Origin: a virus
Taxonomy: Duplodnaviria; Caudoviricetes
Reading direction: 5' to 3' (one strand)
DNA length: 64,000 nucleotides
IMG/VR virus record: IMGVR_UViG_3300027647_000001
Span: 7,056-71,055 of that record
Part shown: piece by piece, positions 54,515 to 63,804 of the stretch
Layout: every line of letters starts with the position of its first letter
Numbering within the stretch: the first letter of the stretch is position 1
Notes under the pieces: model-generated
The model's database searches: none
The model's input: the letters and a program-made list of their open reading frames with translations, nothing else
What the model was told of the DNA's origin: nothing
Translations under genes and position numbers: made by a program

Positions 54515-55912
54515 GTGAGCCCGATCCGCCCTCACGTCACGCGCCGGGGAAGCCGTCTCGACTGGGTCAAGTTCGACTTCGAGCTGGCCAGAGACGGAAG
54601 CGTCGACCCCACGGACAAGGCCCTCTACGCCGCGATCGCCTCGTTCGTGGATGTCGAGTCCCGGGAGTCGCCGGAAACAGCAGACGTCGACCTGAACGGC
54701 ATCCCCCAGGACGTCCCGACCAGGCCGCGACTGGCCGCCTGCATCGGCCGCTCTGTCGACACCGTGGACCGGTGCACCAAGCGCCTCGAGTCCAAAGGGC
54801 TCCTGCGCGTGCACCGGCAGGCCGACCCGGACAACCCCCGGCTGATGCTGCCGAGCGAGTACGAGCTGCTGGACCACGAGTTGTGGGACCAGCGGGCGGC
54901 GGAGCGTGCTGCTCACCGGGCGGCTCGTAGGGCGGCCTCCGAGGGTTCTCCCAGTTTGGGGGGTGGCCGCATGGATGCGGCTACCCCTGGCCGTACCAGT
55001 GCGGCTACCCCTGGCCGCATGGGTGCGGCGGTAAAAGAAGTAAGAGAAGTAGAAGAAGAGAGAGGGGAGGAGAAGGCGGTTTCACCGCGTAGCGGTGGGG
55101 ACGGCCGTAGGCCATCTGACCGTAGTAGCGCGCGTGAGGCCGAAAGCGGCTCCGCCGCGTCCAGCAACGATCACCCCTCCCCCGAACCGCAGACACCCCG
55201 CCAGCGGGCCAAGACGAGCAGCAGCAAGGCCAAGCACACCCGGCAGCAGCTCGACCTCGTACGGGCCGTACGGGCCCACTTCCCTGCTGACCTGTTGAAC
55301 GGCTGGACGAACCCGAAGACGGGCCAGGTGCTCGAGCCGCTGCCGGACGTGTGGGAGCTGTCGCAGGCGATCCTCGAGGCGCTCGCCGGTGACGTGCCGG
55401 CGGCGGACCGGACCGTGGAGCAGCTCGGTGCCCGGATCGTGCAGCGGTGGAACCACCACGGCTGGGCGGTGAAGTTCTATGCCGGGGAGATTGACCGCCC
55501 GGTTGGGGCTGCGGTCGCAATGGTGCGGCCGCTGAAGGCCGGCGACCGGTACGGGTGCGCCAACCCGCGGTGCGAGGCCGGGAAGGACGTCGACACGGGC
55601 GAGGAGTGCCCCGTGTGCCCGGAGAGGCTTGCCGCGCGGAAGGCCGAACGGCGGGCGCAGCAGCCCCAGGACGCTCCTGGTGGGCCGCAGGCGGACGTCC
55701 CGTCTCAGCGGCCGTCTGGCGGCTTCCTCCCGCCGCGCGAGTGCCCCTGCGGCAACCCGATCGGCAAGACCGTCGACGATCCGCTGTGCGAGCCGTGCCG
55801 TAAGGATGCGGACGATGCTGAGGAAACCGCCCGCCTCCGCGCCGAGTTGGCGGCGCAGTACGGAACACCGGACCAGGTCGAGGCCTACACCTACGGCCGA
55901 GCACCCTTCTGA
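54515..55912 (+). CDS. Phage replication initiator (N-terminal HTH, C-terminal Cys motifs)
   Basis: DKALYAAIASF...PTRPRLAACIGRSVDTVDRCTKRLESKGLL; internal iterons. Confidence 0.75.
   Translation: MSPIRPHVTRRGSRLDWVKFDFELARDGSVDPTDKALYAAIASFVDVESRESPETADVDLNGIPQDVPTRPRLAACIGRSVDTVDRCTKRLESKGLLRVHRQADPDNPRLMLPSEYELLDHELWDQRAAERAAHRAARRAASEGSPSLGGGRMDAATPGRTSAATPGRMGAAVKEVREVEEERGEEKAVSPRSGGDGRRPSDRSSAREAESGSAASSNDHPSPEPQTPRQRAKTSSSKAKHTRQQLDLVRAVRAHFPADLLNGWTNPKTGQVLEPLPDVWELSQAILEALAGDVPAADRTVEQLGARIVQRWNHHGWAVKFYAGEIDRPVGAAVAMVRPLKAGDRYGCANPRCEAGKDVDTGEECPVCPERLAARKAERRAQQPQDAPGGPQADVPSQRPSGGFLPPRECPCGNPIGKTVDDPLCEPCRKDADDAEETARLRAELAAQYGTPDQVEAYTYGRAPF
54964..55075. repeat. Putative replication origin: 2.75 x 24-bp tandem iterons plus a purine/A-rich tract
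   Basis: TGGCCGCATGGATGCGGCTACCCC / TGGCCGTACCAGTGCGGCTACCCC / TGGCCGCATGGGTGCGGC followed by GTAAAAGAAGTAAGAGAAGTAGAAGAAG. Confidence 0.65.
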
Positions 55913-55988
55913 CCCACCACCCATGGCGGTGGCCAGCATCCCCTGGCCGCCGCCTCCCAAGCGGCAACCTCACGAGGCAGGGAGAACA

Positions 55989-56459
55989 GTGTTCGAGACG
56001 TCGAGAAGACAGTGGCCGGAGAAGCGCTTCCGATATGCCACCATCACGGTGGCGGGGGGGTTGGACTTCCACATAGGAACTCACGCCCAAGCGCGTGCTG
56101 CGATCGGCGCACACGGCGCAGGTGAGGCCGGGATCGACTTCATCCCCAACCTGCCGCCGCTGGCCATGTACTACTTCGTGCCCTTCGAGGGCGACCACGG
56201 GATGCCGATGAACAAGGTGGCCAACGGCATCTTCTGGGAGCTGAGCCGGCCGGTGGACCCGGCGACGATCGATCCGGACCGAGACGACCTGATCGAAGCC
56301 GCGCGGGAGGCGTCACCCGAGGACCGGATCGTGAAGCTGCGAGGGCCGGTGGTCATCTACGGTCCTGGCGGCGGCAGTTTTGGTGACGATCACGAGGCGA
56401 CGATTCGCGAGGCGCACAAGGTGGCGGCCGGTCGGCTGAAGTCTCGAGGCTGGCTGTAG
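55989..56459 (+). CDS. Hypothetical protein
   Basis: ORF track C-terminal part; GGGAG RBS before GTG; PMNKVAN...LRGPVVIYG. Confidence 0.65.
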   Translation: MFETSRRQWPEKRFRYATITVAGGLDFHIGTHAQARAAIGAHGAGEAGIDFIPNLPPLAMYYFVPFEGDHGMPMNKVANGIFWELSRPVDPATIDPDRDDLIEAAREASPEDRIVKLRGPVVIYGPGGGSFGDDHEATIREAHKVAAGRLKSRGWL

Positions 56460-56480
56460 AAGCGCCCCTTGGCACGTCGA

Positions 56481-56513
56481 ACGCCCCCGGCCTTGTTCAG
56501 GGGTTGGGGGCGT
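56481..56513 (+). terminator. Hairpin terminator
   Basis: ACGCCCCCGGCC-N9-GGTTGGGGGCGT. Confidence 0.55.
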
Positions 56514-56538
56514 CGCGTTGCACATCACACCGCTTCAC

Positions 56539-56571
56539 ATGTTGCGTGTGCACCATGCCTACATCTAGGGT
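56539..56571 (+). promoter_or_regulatory. Promoter TTGCGT-N18-TAGGGT with the shared operator
   Basis: ATGTTGCGTGTGCACCAT matches the 8183 and 59543 motif. Confidence 0.65.
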
Positions 56572-56741
56572 CTGTGGTGCACGGGGACGCCGCACTTCCT
56601 CGCCAGACGCCGGCGCCCCCACCCAGCAGTAACCGGGCCGGACCATCCTTCCCCCACCAGAACAGGAGCAACAGCCATGTTCCGGGCCGGCGTCTGATGG
56701 ACCCCGACCCGTTCCACTTGAACAACCCTGGAGAACCAGCA

Positions 56742-57053
56742 ATGCGGATCTGCCGTACCCACGACACTCTCATCACGATCAACGAGTGCCCCCAGTGCCG
56801 TCGCGGGTTCCGCGACATCCTTGGCGCCAACAATCTGGTGATCGTCCGGCCGCCTAACGTGGAGGACGAATACGACCTCCACGGGTCGGAAAGTTCGAGG
56901 TGCCAGGCGATGACTGCTGACGCTAACGAGGGATTCAGTGAGATCAGCTGCGTTCGTCCGCACGGTCACGAGGGCGACTGTGAGAGCCTCCACGGCTCCC
57001 TGTGGGACCACGACCCCGAGGCCACCAGTTGTTGTCATGACTCTGCTGCTTGA
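56742..57053 (+). CDS. Cys/His-rich small protein
   Basis: MRICRTH...CPQC...C...CVRPHGHEGDC; GGAG RBS. Confidence 0.65.
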   Translation: MRICRTHDTLITINECPQCRRGFRDILGANNLVIVRPPNVEDEYDLHGSESSRCQAMTADANEGFSEISCVRPHGHEGDCESLHGSLWDHDPEATSCCHDSAA

Positions 57054-57155
57054 CTCCCTGTCAACTGGGCAGCAGCGCCCCCGGCCCTGGTGGGTCGGGG
57101 GCGCTGTTGTGCGCCGGGTGCGCGCCATCCCCCGCGCCGTCGCTTTCGTAGGAAG

Positions 57156-58475
57156 ATGGCCAGCATGCCCGCACGGACACCGAAAGCACTCCAGACCTGG
57201 CACGACCTGAACGACCGCCAGCAGGGCACCCTCGCCGTCATCTTCGACCTCGACCAGGCAGCGGAGACCGGTCGGCGGCAGAGCGCGGCACGGGGCGCAT
57301 ACGACGACCGTCCCGCCATGGAGTGGCGCAGTATCGACTTCGCGCACGAGCCCGCCCTGCGGAAGGTTTTCGGCTGGACGGTGCTCCAGGAGCGTCTCAT
57401 GGGGCGCGGCTGGGACAATCAGGGCAACGGTTCCACGATGGCCGCGCTCGAGCGACGTGGTCTGATCAAGCGGGATGGTCGGCCAACCCGCTACGGGCGC
57501 ATGCACACGGTGCGGCTGACCCGGGAGGGCCGGGCCGCAGCTCGTGCCGGCACCAGTCTCACCCCCGGCGGTCCCCGGAAGGCCGCCCTCGGCTGCCGTT
57601 CCTGGGAGGTCCTTGCCCTGCTGTGGTCCGCCCACCTGCGCGGGCAGCCCCTGAAGTGGACCTACTCCGTAACCATCGAACGGGCGCTGATCGAGAAGCA
57701 TGTGCCGCCCCTGGCCCGTACGATCCCGGGCGGGTACGAGATCACCGACCGGGGCCGCGACTTCTACCGCGAGCACCACGCCGCGCACGCGGCCGCCCAC
57801 CCCGCCGTCCGCGCACCCCACCCCGACGGCACCGACGCGGAACCCTGGCCACCGGCAGTAGACGAGACGCTCGCCCGGCACCGGCAGCTCTACCTCGCCC
57901 TCCTCGCCGTATGGAAAGACGCCAGCAAGGCTCAGCAGGCCGCCGAGCAGGAAGCCGCAGCCCTGGCACCGGACATGCCGGATGTGCTGCCCGCCGCTGT
58001 CGTCGCCCAGGTCAAGACCCGGCATGAACTGTGGTGCGAGACAGCCGAGCAGCGAGCCGCCCTGGCCGCCGGTCATGTCGAAGACCTCCGCGGCCGCGCC
58101 GAACACGCAGCGCGCGCCTACGCCGTCGTGGCCCTTGCCGCCTACAGTGCGGCCATCGCCCAGGCCGCCCCGCTCGAGAGCATGACGGCCCCCGAGCCCG
58201 AGCCGGACACGTGGGACGAGCCGCCCCTGCCGGCGCCTGCGGAGACCGGTATCAACGCCATCGACGCCGAGGCAGCGAAGCTGCACGCAGCGGCGGTGGG
58301 TCGGCCGGTCAAGCGGCGTGGTCCCGCGCCCACGCGGCGCACTCGCCGCGGGAACGTCCGCGTCCTCGAGAAGCCGTCCACCAAGCCTGGCGCAGCGCTG
58401 TACGCCCTCGCCGAGCACCTGCGCGGGCACGTCCAGGGCGGGGCGCTTGTCCGGCGCCTTCATCCGGCAGGCTGA
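57156..58475 (+). CDS. Hypothetical protein with winged-helix-like segments
   Basis: ORF track; GSTMAALERRGLI...LTREGRAA and YEITDRGRDFY. Confidence 0.7.
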   Translation: MASMPARTPKALQTWHDLNDRQQGTLAVIFDLDQAAETGRRQSAARGAYDDRPAMEWRSIDFAHEPALRKVFGWTVLQERLMGRGWDNQGNGSTMAALERRGLIKRDGRPTRYGRMHTVRLTREGRAAARAGTSLTPGGPRKAALGCRSWEVLALLWSAHLRGQPLKWTYSVTIERALIEKHVPPLARTIPGGYEITDRGRDFYREHHAAHAAAHPAVRAPHPDGTDAEPWPPAVDETLARHRQLYLALLAVWKDASKAQQAAEQEAAALAPDMPDVLPAAVVAQVKTRHELWCETAEQRAALAAGHVEDLRGRAEHAARAYAVVALAAYSAAIAQAAPLESMTAPEPEPDTWDEPPLPAPAETGINAIDAEAAKLHAAAVGRPVKRRGPAPTRRTRRGNVRVLEKPSTKPGAALYALAEHLRGHVQGGALVRRLHPAG

Positions 58476-58595
58476 CCGCCGCGCTCGACCTATACGGCAG
58501 TGCCCCCGGCCGGCAGGTTCGGGGGCGCTGGCCTGCCAACTGTCAGCACCTGCTGCCAGACTGACCCGCGAGACTTCACACAGCGAGGAGCGCCC

Positions 58596-58898
58596 ATGCC
58601 CGCCCAGAAGCGGCTGACGCAGAAGAAGGCGCAGGAGATCGCCGACGGTGCCGAATTGGTGAAGGCGCCGGACTGGGCGACGACGAACCGGTGGCATGTC
58701 GTCGACGCCGACGGAACGGTGCTGGTGGTGGTGTCGCCGTCCTATGGCGGGGCGTCGAGGTCCGGCAGGAACGGCTGGACGCACCACCTGGCCGCGCTGG
58801 GGCCGTCCGGCTCGAGGGACAGGTCCTCGACGCGGCAGGGCGCGGCCGCGCAGGGTCTGGCGTCGTGGATGCGGTGGGTGACCGCCTCGCGCACCTGA
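58596..58898 (+). CDS. Hypothetical protein
   Basis: GAGGAG RBS; MPAQKRLTQKKAQEIAD. Confidence 0.7.
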   Translation: MPAQKRLTQKKAQEIADGAELVKAPDWATTNRWHVVDADGTVLVVVSPSYGGASRSGRNGWTHHLAALGPSGSRDRSSTRQGAAAQGLASWMRWVTASRT

Positions 58899-58940
58899 CG
58901 CTCCGGTCTCCCCCACTTGGAGTCCACCTTGGCCCGTCGC

Positions 58941-59186
58941 TCAGCTCGAGCGGCGGGCCTGCGTCTTACCCGGCCCCGGATAGTCCGGGTCGTCCTCAGC
59001 CGTCGGCAACGCCCGGTACCCCTCCGACCACGGATTGACGGCCCCGCACACGCCGCAGGCGTACCGGCCGTCGATGCCCGCGACACGGGTTCCGCACTGT
59101 TCGCATTCGGTCTCGGTGATCTGCGGTTCCCGTGTGCTTTCGTCGGCTGGCTTGGGGTGGACGGGTTGGTGCTGTGGGGCGCTCAT
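58941..59186 (-). CDS. Small Zn-ribbon protein
   Basis: CEQCG...YACGVCG. Confidence 0.65.
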   Translation of the reverse strand: MSAPQHQPVHPKPADESTREPQITETECEQCGTRVAGIDGRYACGVCGAVNPWSEGYRALPTAEDDPDYPGPGKTQARRSS

Positions 59187-59542
59187 GCCGGGGAGGGTAG
59201 TGGCCGGGCCGCCGGTGTGGGCGTGTTGCCGCTGACGGGGCCGCAGTTCGCGCAGATCCAGGACCCGTTCGGGCCTTGCTGGGCTGCGCCTCCACATCTC
59301 GGGCATTGCATGCGTCTGCTCCCCCTTCGTCGTGCGGGTGGTCTGGTGTTGAGGATCCCGCGGTGTGGCGGGCCGTCAAGGGCGCGGTGTGGGCGGGGGG
59401 AACGTTCCGGCCGGTCGGGGTGAGGATCGATCCCGGAGTGTTCGAGCTCTGAAGCGCCCTGGTGTCGTGGGGAACTGCTGGCCGGCCCCGGTCTCCGCGG
59501 CGTGTGGGCCCGGGGCCGAACTATCCCCACATCCCGTTTCAC

Positions 59543-59575
59543 GTGTTGCGCACGCACCATAGAAAACGGTAGAAT
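59543..59575 (+). promoter_or_regulatory. Promoter TTGCGC-N18-TAGAAT with the shared operator
   Basis: GTGTTGCGCACGCACCAT; near-consensus -10. Confidence 0.7.
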
Positions 59576-59617
59576 CGCGAGAGTTCGCAGCACACCACCC
59601 GCCACCCGGGGGGCCAC

Positions 59618-60139
59618 ATGATCCGCACCACCTACCGCGGCCGCACCATCAAAGTCCTCGCCGCCCGCGGCAAGCCGTTCCACCGCAAGCTCGTCATCAA
59701 CGACCGCACCATCAACCACGGCTGGCAAGGCGACGACGCCCAAGCCCTCGACTGGTTCCGCCAGATCATCGACAAGATCGAGGACGCGGGCGGGGCCGGC
59801 ATGGTCGCCATGCTCATCCCCGGCCAGTACACCGAACCCCACTGGTACGAGCCCGGCACCATCGACATCAACCCCCGCGGCCACGCCACCCACCCCGGCA
59901 ACATCTGCATGTGCGGCACGTGCACCATCGGCGACCCCTGCGGCGACAAGGCCCGCTACGCCCCCCTTCCCCCGGACGCCTGCCGCTACTGCCACCAGGG
60001 CCCGGACGGGCACCGGCACGACGTCAACCCGCTCCACTCGCACCGCTACACCGAGCCCACCGAGGCACAGCGCATCGGACGACAGGCCACGATCGACCGC
60101 TACCACGACAGCGCTATCGAGGACGACGAGGCCGCCTGA
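59618..60139 (+). CDS. Cys/His-rich hypothetical protein
   Basis: ORF track; CMCGTC, CRYCH. Confidence 0.75.
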   Translation: MIRTTYRGRTIKVLAARGKPFHRKLVINDRTINHGWQGDDAQALDWFRQIIDKIEDAGGAGMVAMLIPGQYTEPHWYEPGTIDINPRGHATHPGNICMCGTCTIGDPCGDKARYAPLPPDACRYCHQGPDGHRHDVNPLHSHRYTEPTEAQRIGRQATIDRYHDSAIEDDEAA

Positions 60140-60291
60140 TGGCCGCTAACCCGAACGGCTGCCGCTGGTGCGGAATCGACCAGCGCAGCCACGGTCGCCA
60201 GTGGACCGACGAAGCCGGCTGGCATACGTGGGAGCAGCCGACCCAGGCGCAGATCAAGGCCCGCATGCAGGCCCGCCGGGCCAGTCGCTGA
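60139..60291 (+). CDS. Small CxxC protein
   Basis: MAANPNGCRWCGIDQRSHGRQW; TGATG coupling. Confidence 0.65.
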   Translation: MAANPNGCRWCGIDQRSHGRQWTDEAGWHTWEQPTQAQIKARMQARRASR

Positions 60292-60364
60292 CATCGGCCG
60301 GGGGAACACCCCGGCCGGCCCGTACCACCCTGAACAAGCACCCTCCCCTTCCCGAGGAGCACCC

Positions 60365-60640
60365 ATGACCGACAACGCCCGCGCCCGACTCTCCGCCTAC
60401 ATGACCCACGAGTCCGACCAGGACCAGGCCGAGTTCGACACCCGCGTCGACGCCGCCATCACCGAGGCCACAAAGGACCTCCAGGCGAAGCTTGCGGAGG
60501 TCGCGTCCTCCCTCGACTACTACAAGAGCGAGGCCGGCAAGTGGTTCGCTGTCGAGCCGCTGATCACAGAGGCGCACGAGAAGGACAACCCGAGCATCGA
60601 CACGTACGACCTCGCGTCCGCCCTCGGCTGGGAGGCGTGA
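60365..60640 (+). CDS. Small hypothetical protein
   Basis: ORF track; GAGGAG RBS. Confidence 0.7.
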   Translation: MTDNARARLSAYMTHESDQDQAEFDTRVDAAITEATKDLQAKLAEVASSLDYYKSEAGKWFAVEPLITEAHEKDNPSIDTYDLASALGWEA

Positions 60641-60683
60641 TGCGGCGCGCCCTGACCGCCCGGCAGCCCGAGGAGACGCAGCG

Positions 60684-61295
60684 GTGAGCACCGAGACCCT
60701 GACCCGCTTCCGCTGCGACGCCCCCCACTGCCAGGAACACGGCATCGGCACCAACAACATCACCCCGCCCGACGGCTGGACCGCTCTCAAGTCGACCGCC
60801 CACATCCCCGTCGTCAAGACCAGCCCGACCCGTGGTCGCCGGAAGGCCCTGTCGTACAGCGAACGCTGCTACGGCGGCTTCACCCTCCACCTGTGCCCCG
60901 AACACCCGGACGCGTTCGACGCCCACAAGCCGATCACCAACGGATACGGCTACAACAACAGCGTCAGCATCGCCTGCTCCTGCGGGATGCCGCTGGGTCG
61001 CGCCCCTGCGGCCACCATGGTCGGCCGCTATCCCTCCCACGCCCCAGAGAGCGCCTGGTTCCACCACCTGCCCGCGGAGCTCCGCTGGTACCTGTGGCGC
61101 GGCCAGCGCCAGTGGGCCACCCGCACCGTCTCCCACGGCATCACGAACATCCGGCAGTACCGGACCGAGGAGCAAGCCCGAAAGGCCGCAGAGCCGTCCT
61201 CGATCTTCTACTCAGTCCGGGAGGACGTGGTCTACCGCGACAACGAGGGCGACCCGTGGACGGTCCTCGGATACGCCGAGGAGGCGCAGCAATGA
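60684..61295 (+). CDS. Zn-binding-like hypothetical protein
   Basis: FRCDAPHC...HLCPEH...CSCG. Confidence 0.7.
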   Translation: MSTETLTRFRCDAPHCQEHGIGTNNITPPDGWTALKSTAHIPVVKTSPTRGRRKALSYSERCYGGFTLHLCPEHPDAFDAHKPITNGYGYNNSVSIACSCGMPLGRAPAATMVGRYPSHAPESAWFHHLPAELRWYLWRGQRQWATRTVSHGITNIRQYRTEEQARKAAEPSSIFYSVREDVVYRDNEGDPWTVLGYAEEAQQ

Positions 61296-61690
61296 AGGCC
61301 CTGACCGTCCGGCAGCCATGGGCCGGCGCCATCGTCCACCAGACGAAGCGCGTAGAGAACCGCACCTGGAAGCTCCCCGCCAGGCAGCACGGCGCCCGCA
61401 TCCTCATCCACGCCGCAGCCGTGCCGGACAAGAACGCCACCGTCTACGGGCCGCAGCTCGGCGTGTACGGCGCCATCATCGGCGCCGCCACCCTCACCGG
61501 CTGCCACTGGTCCAACGACGGCCTGTGCTGCGGCCCGTGGGGCTTCGCCAAGTCCTACCACTGGCAGCTCGAGGACGTCACCGCGCTCGCCGTGCCGGTG
61601 CCGTGCAAGGGCGCGCTGAGCTTCTGGACCCCGCCCGTCGACGTTCTGTTTGCCGTCCAACAGCAGCTCGAGCAGGAGACAGCACGATGA
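61292..61690 (+). CDS. ASCH-domain protein
   Basis: MKALTVRQPWAGAIVHQTKRVENRTW...ILIHAA...PCKGALSFW. Confidence 0.85.
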   Translation: MKALTVRQPWAGAIVHQTKRVENRTWKLPARQHGARILIHAAAVPDKNATVYGPQLGVYGAIIGAATLTGCHWSNDGLCCGPWGFAKSYHWQLEDVTALAVPVPCKGALSFWTPPVDVLFAVQQQLEQETAR

Positions 61691-62208
61691 CCGACGCCGA
61701 AGACCAGCACGTCTGCTACGTCCGATCCACCACCGACGACAACGGCAAGGCTGCCGTCCTCCTCGAATGGGGCGCCCTCCAGGCCCTCCTGACCCCGGCC
61801 ATCGTTCTCACCACCGGCCGAGACCTGATGGCGGCCGCCGCGGCCGCGGAAACCGACATCGCGCTCATCGAAACCCTCCGCAAGGATCTGCGACTCGATG
61901 ACCACGCCATCGGCGGCATGCTCAGCGCTATCCGCGCCCGCCGCCCCGCGCCACAGGGAAAGCCCGCGCTGCGGATCGCCGCAGTCGCCGGCTCGAAGAC
62001 CGGGAAGCCGTACGTCACCATCGCCCGCGGCTCCATGAAGGGGCAACTGTCCCCGGACGAGGCACGCGACATGGCCATGCACTGGGTACAGACCGCCGTC
62101 GCAGCCCAGATCGACGTTCGCCTGCGGTACGCACTCGGAGAGTGGGACCGGCTCAGCATGGTGGAGATCGAGGACCTGTTCAAGCTGATTCAGGAGGCGC
62201 AGCGGTGA
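61687..62208 (+). CDS. Hypothetical protein
   Basis: ORF track C-terminal part; ATGA overlap. Confidence 0.7.
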   Translation: MTDAEDQHVCYVRSTTDDNGKAAVLLEWGALQALLTPAIVLTTGRDLMAAAAAAETDIALIETLRKDLRLDDHAIGGMLSAIRARRPAPQGKPALRIAAVAGSKTGKPYVTIARGSMKGQLSPDEARDMAMHWVQTAVAAQIDVRLRYALGEWDRLSMVEIEDLFKLIQEAQR

Positions 62209-62690
62209 CCCCCGCCCGCGAGTTGGAGCCCGGCGCCTACGACCAGCTTCTCAACGCCCTCGGCGACAGCGAACAGTCCCGCGTCCTCATCAACCAGTTC
62301 GCCCGCCACCTCGCGAACGTTGCCCGCCTTGCCGAAGAAACCCAGTGGCCCGGACCCGTGTCCGCCGTCATCGACCCGTTCCAGCACACCCGCCAGTCGT
62401 GGGCCGGGATCACCGCCTGCCCTCGACTCGCCACCCCGGACCCCGAGCAGCCCGCCGGCGACGTACGCACCACGGTCGAGTTCTTCGTCCAGACGCAGCA
62501 GCCTGACGGGACGTGGGAGCAGTCGAGCGGTGCGGAGCAGCGGGCGTTCTGGGGTGCGGAGCGGTTGAGGAAGCTGATGCGCAGGTTCCCCGACATGGTG
62601 CACCGACTCGTTCAGCGCACCACCACCGTGCACGTCACGCCGGTGCCCGCAGGTGTACCGGCCACGCTGCCCGACGGGAGCGCCTCGTGA
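62205..62690 (+). CDS. Hypothetical protein
   Basis: GTGA overlap; ORF track. Confidence 0.65.
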   Translation: MTPARELEPGAYDQLLNALGDSEQSRVLINQFARHLANVARLAEETQWPGPVSAVIDPFQHTRQSWAGITACPRLATPDPEQPAGDVRTTVEFFVQTQQPDGTWEQSSGAEQRAFWGAERLRKLMRRFPDMVHRLVQRTTTVHVTPVPAGVPATLPDGSAS

Positions 62691-63025
62691 CCGACAAACC
62701 GCCCCTTCCGGCCCGCCTGCTCGACCCGTGGCCCCGTATCCCCGTCGACACGGGTGAGGGCACCGACTTCCACCGCCTCGACCGGATCGCCGGCCACGCC
62801 GCCACCTCCTGGGCCCTCAGCCCCGAAGGCACCTACGCCAAGAACCTGAGCCTCGCCGAAACCGTCGACGGCGCCGTCCGCGAAGCGCTGCTCCACCTCC
62901 TCGAGCTCGGCCTCATCGACATCGACGCCGACCGGATGAACAACGCCAAGGGATGGCCCACGACACGGGAGCACCTTGAGCGCGGCTGGGCACCGAACGA
63001 ACCCGACGAGCCGAAGGAGGCCTGA
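62687..63025 (+). CDS. Hypothetical protein
   Basis: GTGA overlap; VDGAVREALLHLLELGLIDID. Confidence 0.65.
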   Translation: MTDKPPLPARLLDPWPRIPVDTGEGTDFHRLDRIAGHAATSWALSPEGTYAKNLSLAETVDGAVREALLHLLELGLIDIDADRMNNAKGWPTTREHLERGWAPNEPDEPKEA

Positions 63026-63027
63026 CC

Positions 63028-63804
63028 GTGGGAGCAGCCCTGCACTTCGCGCACGCGCACCAGGCCCCGGTGAAGAAGCGCCGGCCGAAGCGCACCGGCG
63101 GCGGAGACGGCGACGGCTACGACGCCCTCGTGGCCCGCGTCTACCAAGACCAGCGCATGACCCCCGAAGCCCGCGAACTGATCCTCCTCCTCGCCTGGCT
63201 CGCCGTACGCGACCCCAACCGATACGACACAGACGGCAACCTCATCAGTTGGAGGAAACGCGCCTCAGCGATCCTCGGGGAATACGGACCTGGCCCCCAC
63301 AGAGGATCCCGCCTGGCGGACCTGCTGTACGTCGACCGGCCCCGCTACGAGGACAAGCGCAGCGGATGGGAGGAACGACAATGCGCAGCACCGATGATCC
63401 GACGGGACGGACTGTGCGGGCAGCATGCCATCGGCCATGACTACACCGTCGACCAGGAGACCGGATGGCGGACGGCAGTCTGGTTCTGCCGTCGCCACGA
63501 ATCATGGGGGAACGCGCTACGCACACAGCGCGCCGCCAACCCCGGCCCGGAGCCCATCCCGAATGCGGGCGGCCTCACCACCTCGTACCTGATGGCCGAG
63601 GGCCAGCAGCAGGCCTGGGCACAGCTGTACACGGAGGCGGCCGCGTGGAAGCACGACCGTTACTGGGAGCCGCCGAAGGCGTATGGCGTCGTGGCCGACG
63701 ACTGGCCGGTGCCGGGCAAAGCCCCAGTGCCGCAGCGGGCCCGGCTCCGGCTGGTCATCGGCAACGGCGGTCTGGAGGCAGGGGATGCGGGTGACGACGC
63801 CTGA
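63028..63804 (+). CDS. Hypothetical protein with Cys/His motifs
   Basis: ORF track; AGGAGG RBS; CAAPMIRRDGLCGQH...FCRRH. Confidence 0.7.
   Translation: MGAALHFAHAHQAPVKKRRPKRTGGGDGDGYDALVARVYQDQRMTPEARELILLLAWLAVRDPNRYDTDGNLISWRKRASAILGEYGPGPHRGSRLADLLYVDRPRYEDKRSGWEERQCAAPMIRRDGLCGQHAIGHDYTVDQETGWRTAVWFCRRHESWGNALRTQRAANPGPEPIPNAGGLTTSYLMAEGQQQAWAQLYTEAAAWKHDRYWEPPKAYGVVADDWPVPGKAPVPQRARLRLVIGNGGLEAGDAGDDA

Noticed and set aside
54283-54518. Possible small gene between the Cro-like gene and the initiator
   Set aside because: Candidate frames lack an RBS and protein-like composition.
54964-55029. Tandem 24-bp repeats as a CRISPR array
   Set aside because: No unique spacers, under three units, in frame within a gene, and no cas genes.
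4444-58916. Very long alternative-frame ORFs (for example 4444-6582 +, 25357-28110 +, 37605-39596 +, 44317-46326 +, 56565-58916 -)
   Set aside because: Shadow ORFs typical of high-GC DNA; they overlap well-supported genes on the opposite strand and translate to R/G/P-rich nonsense.
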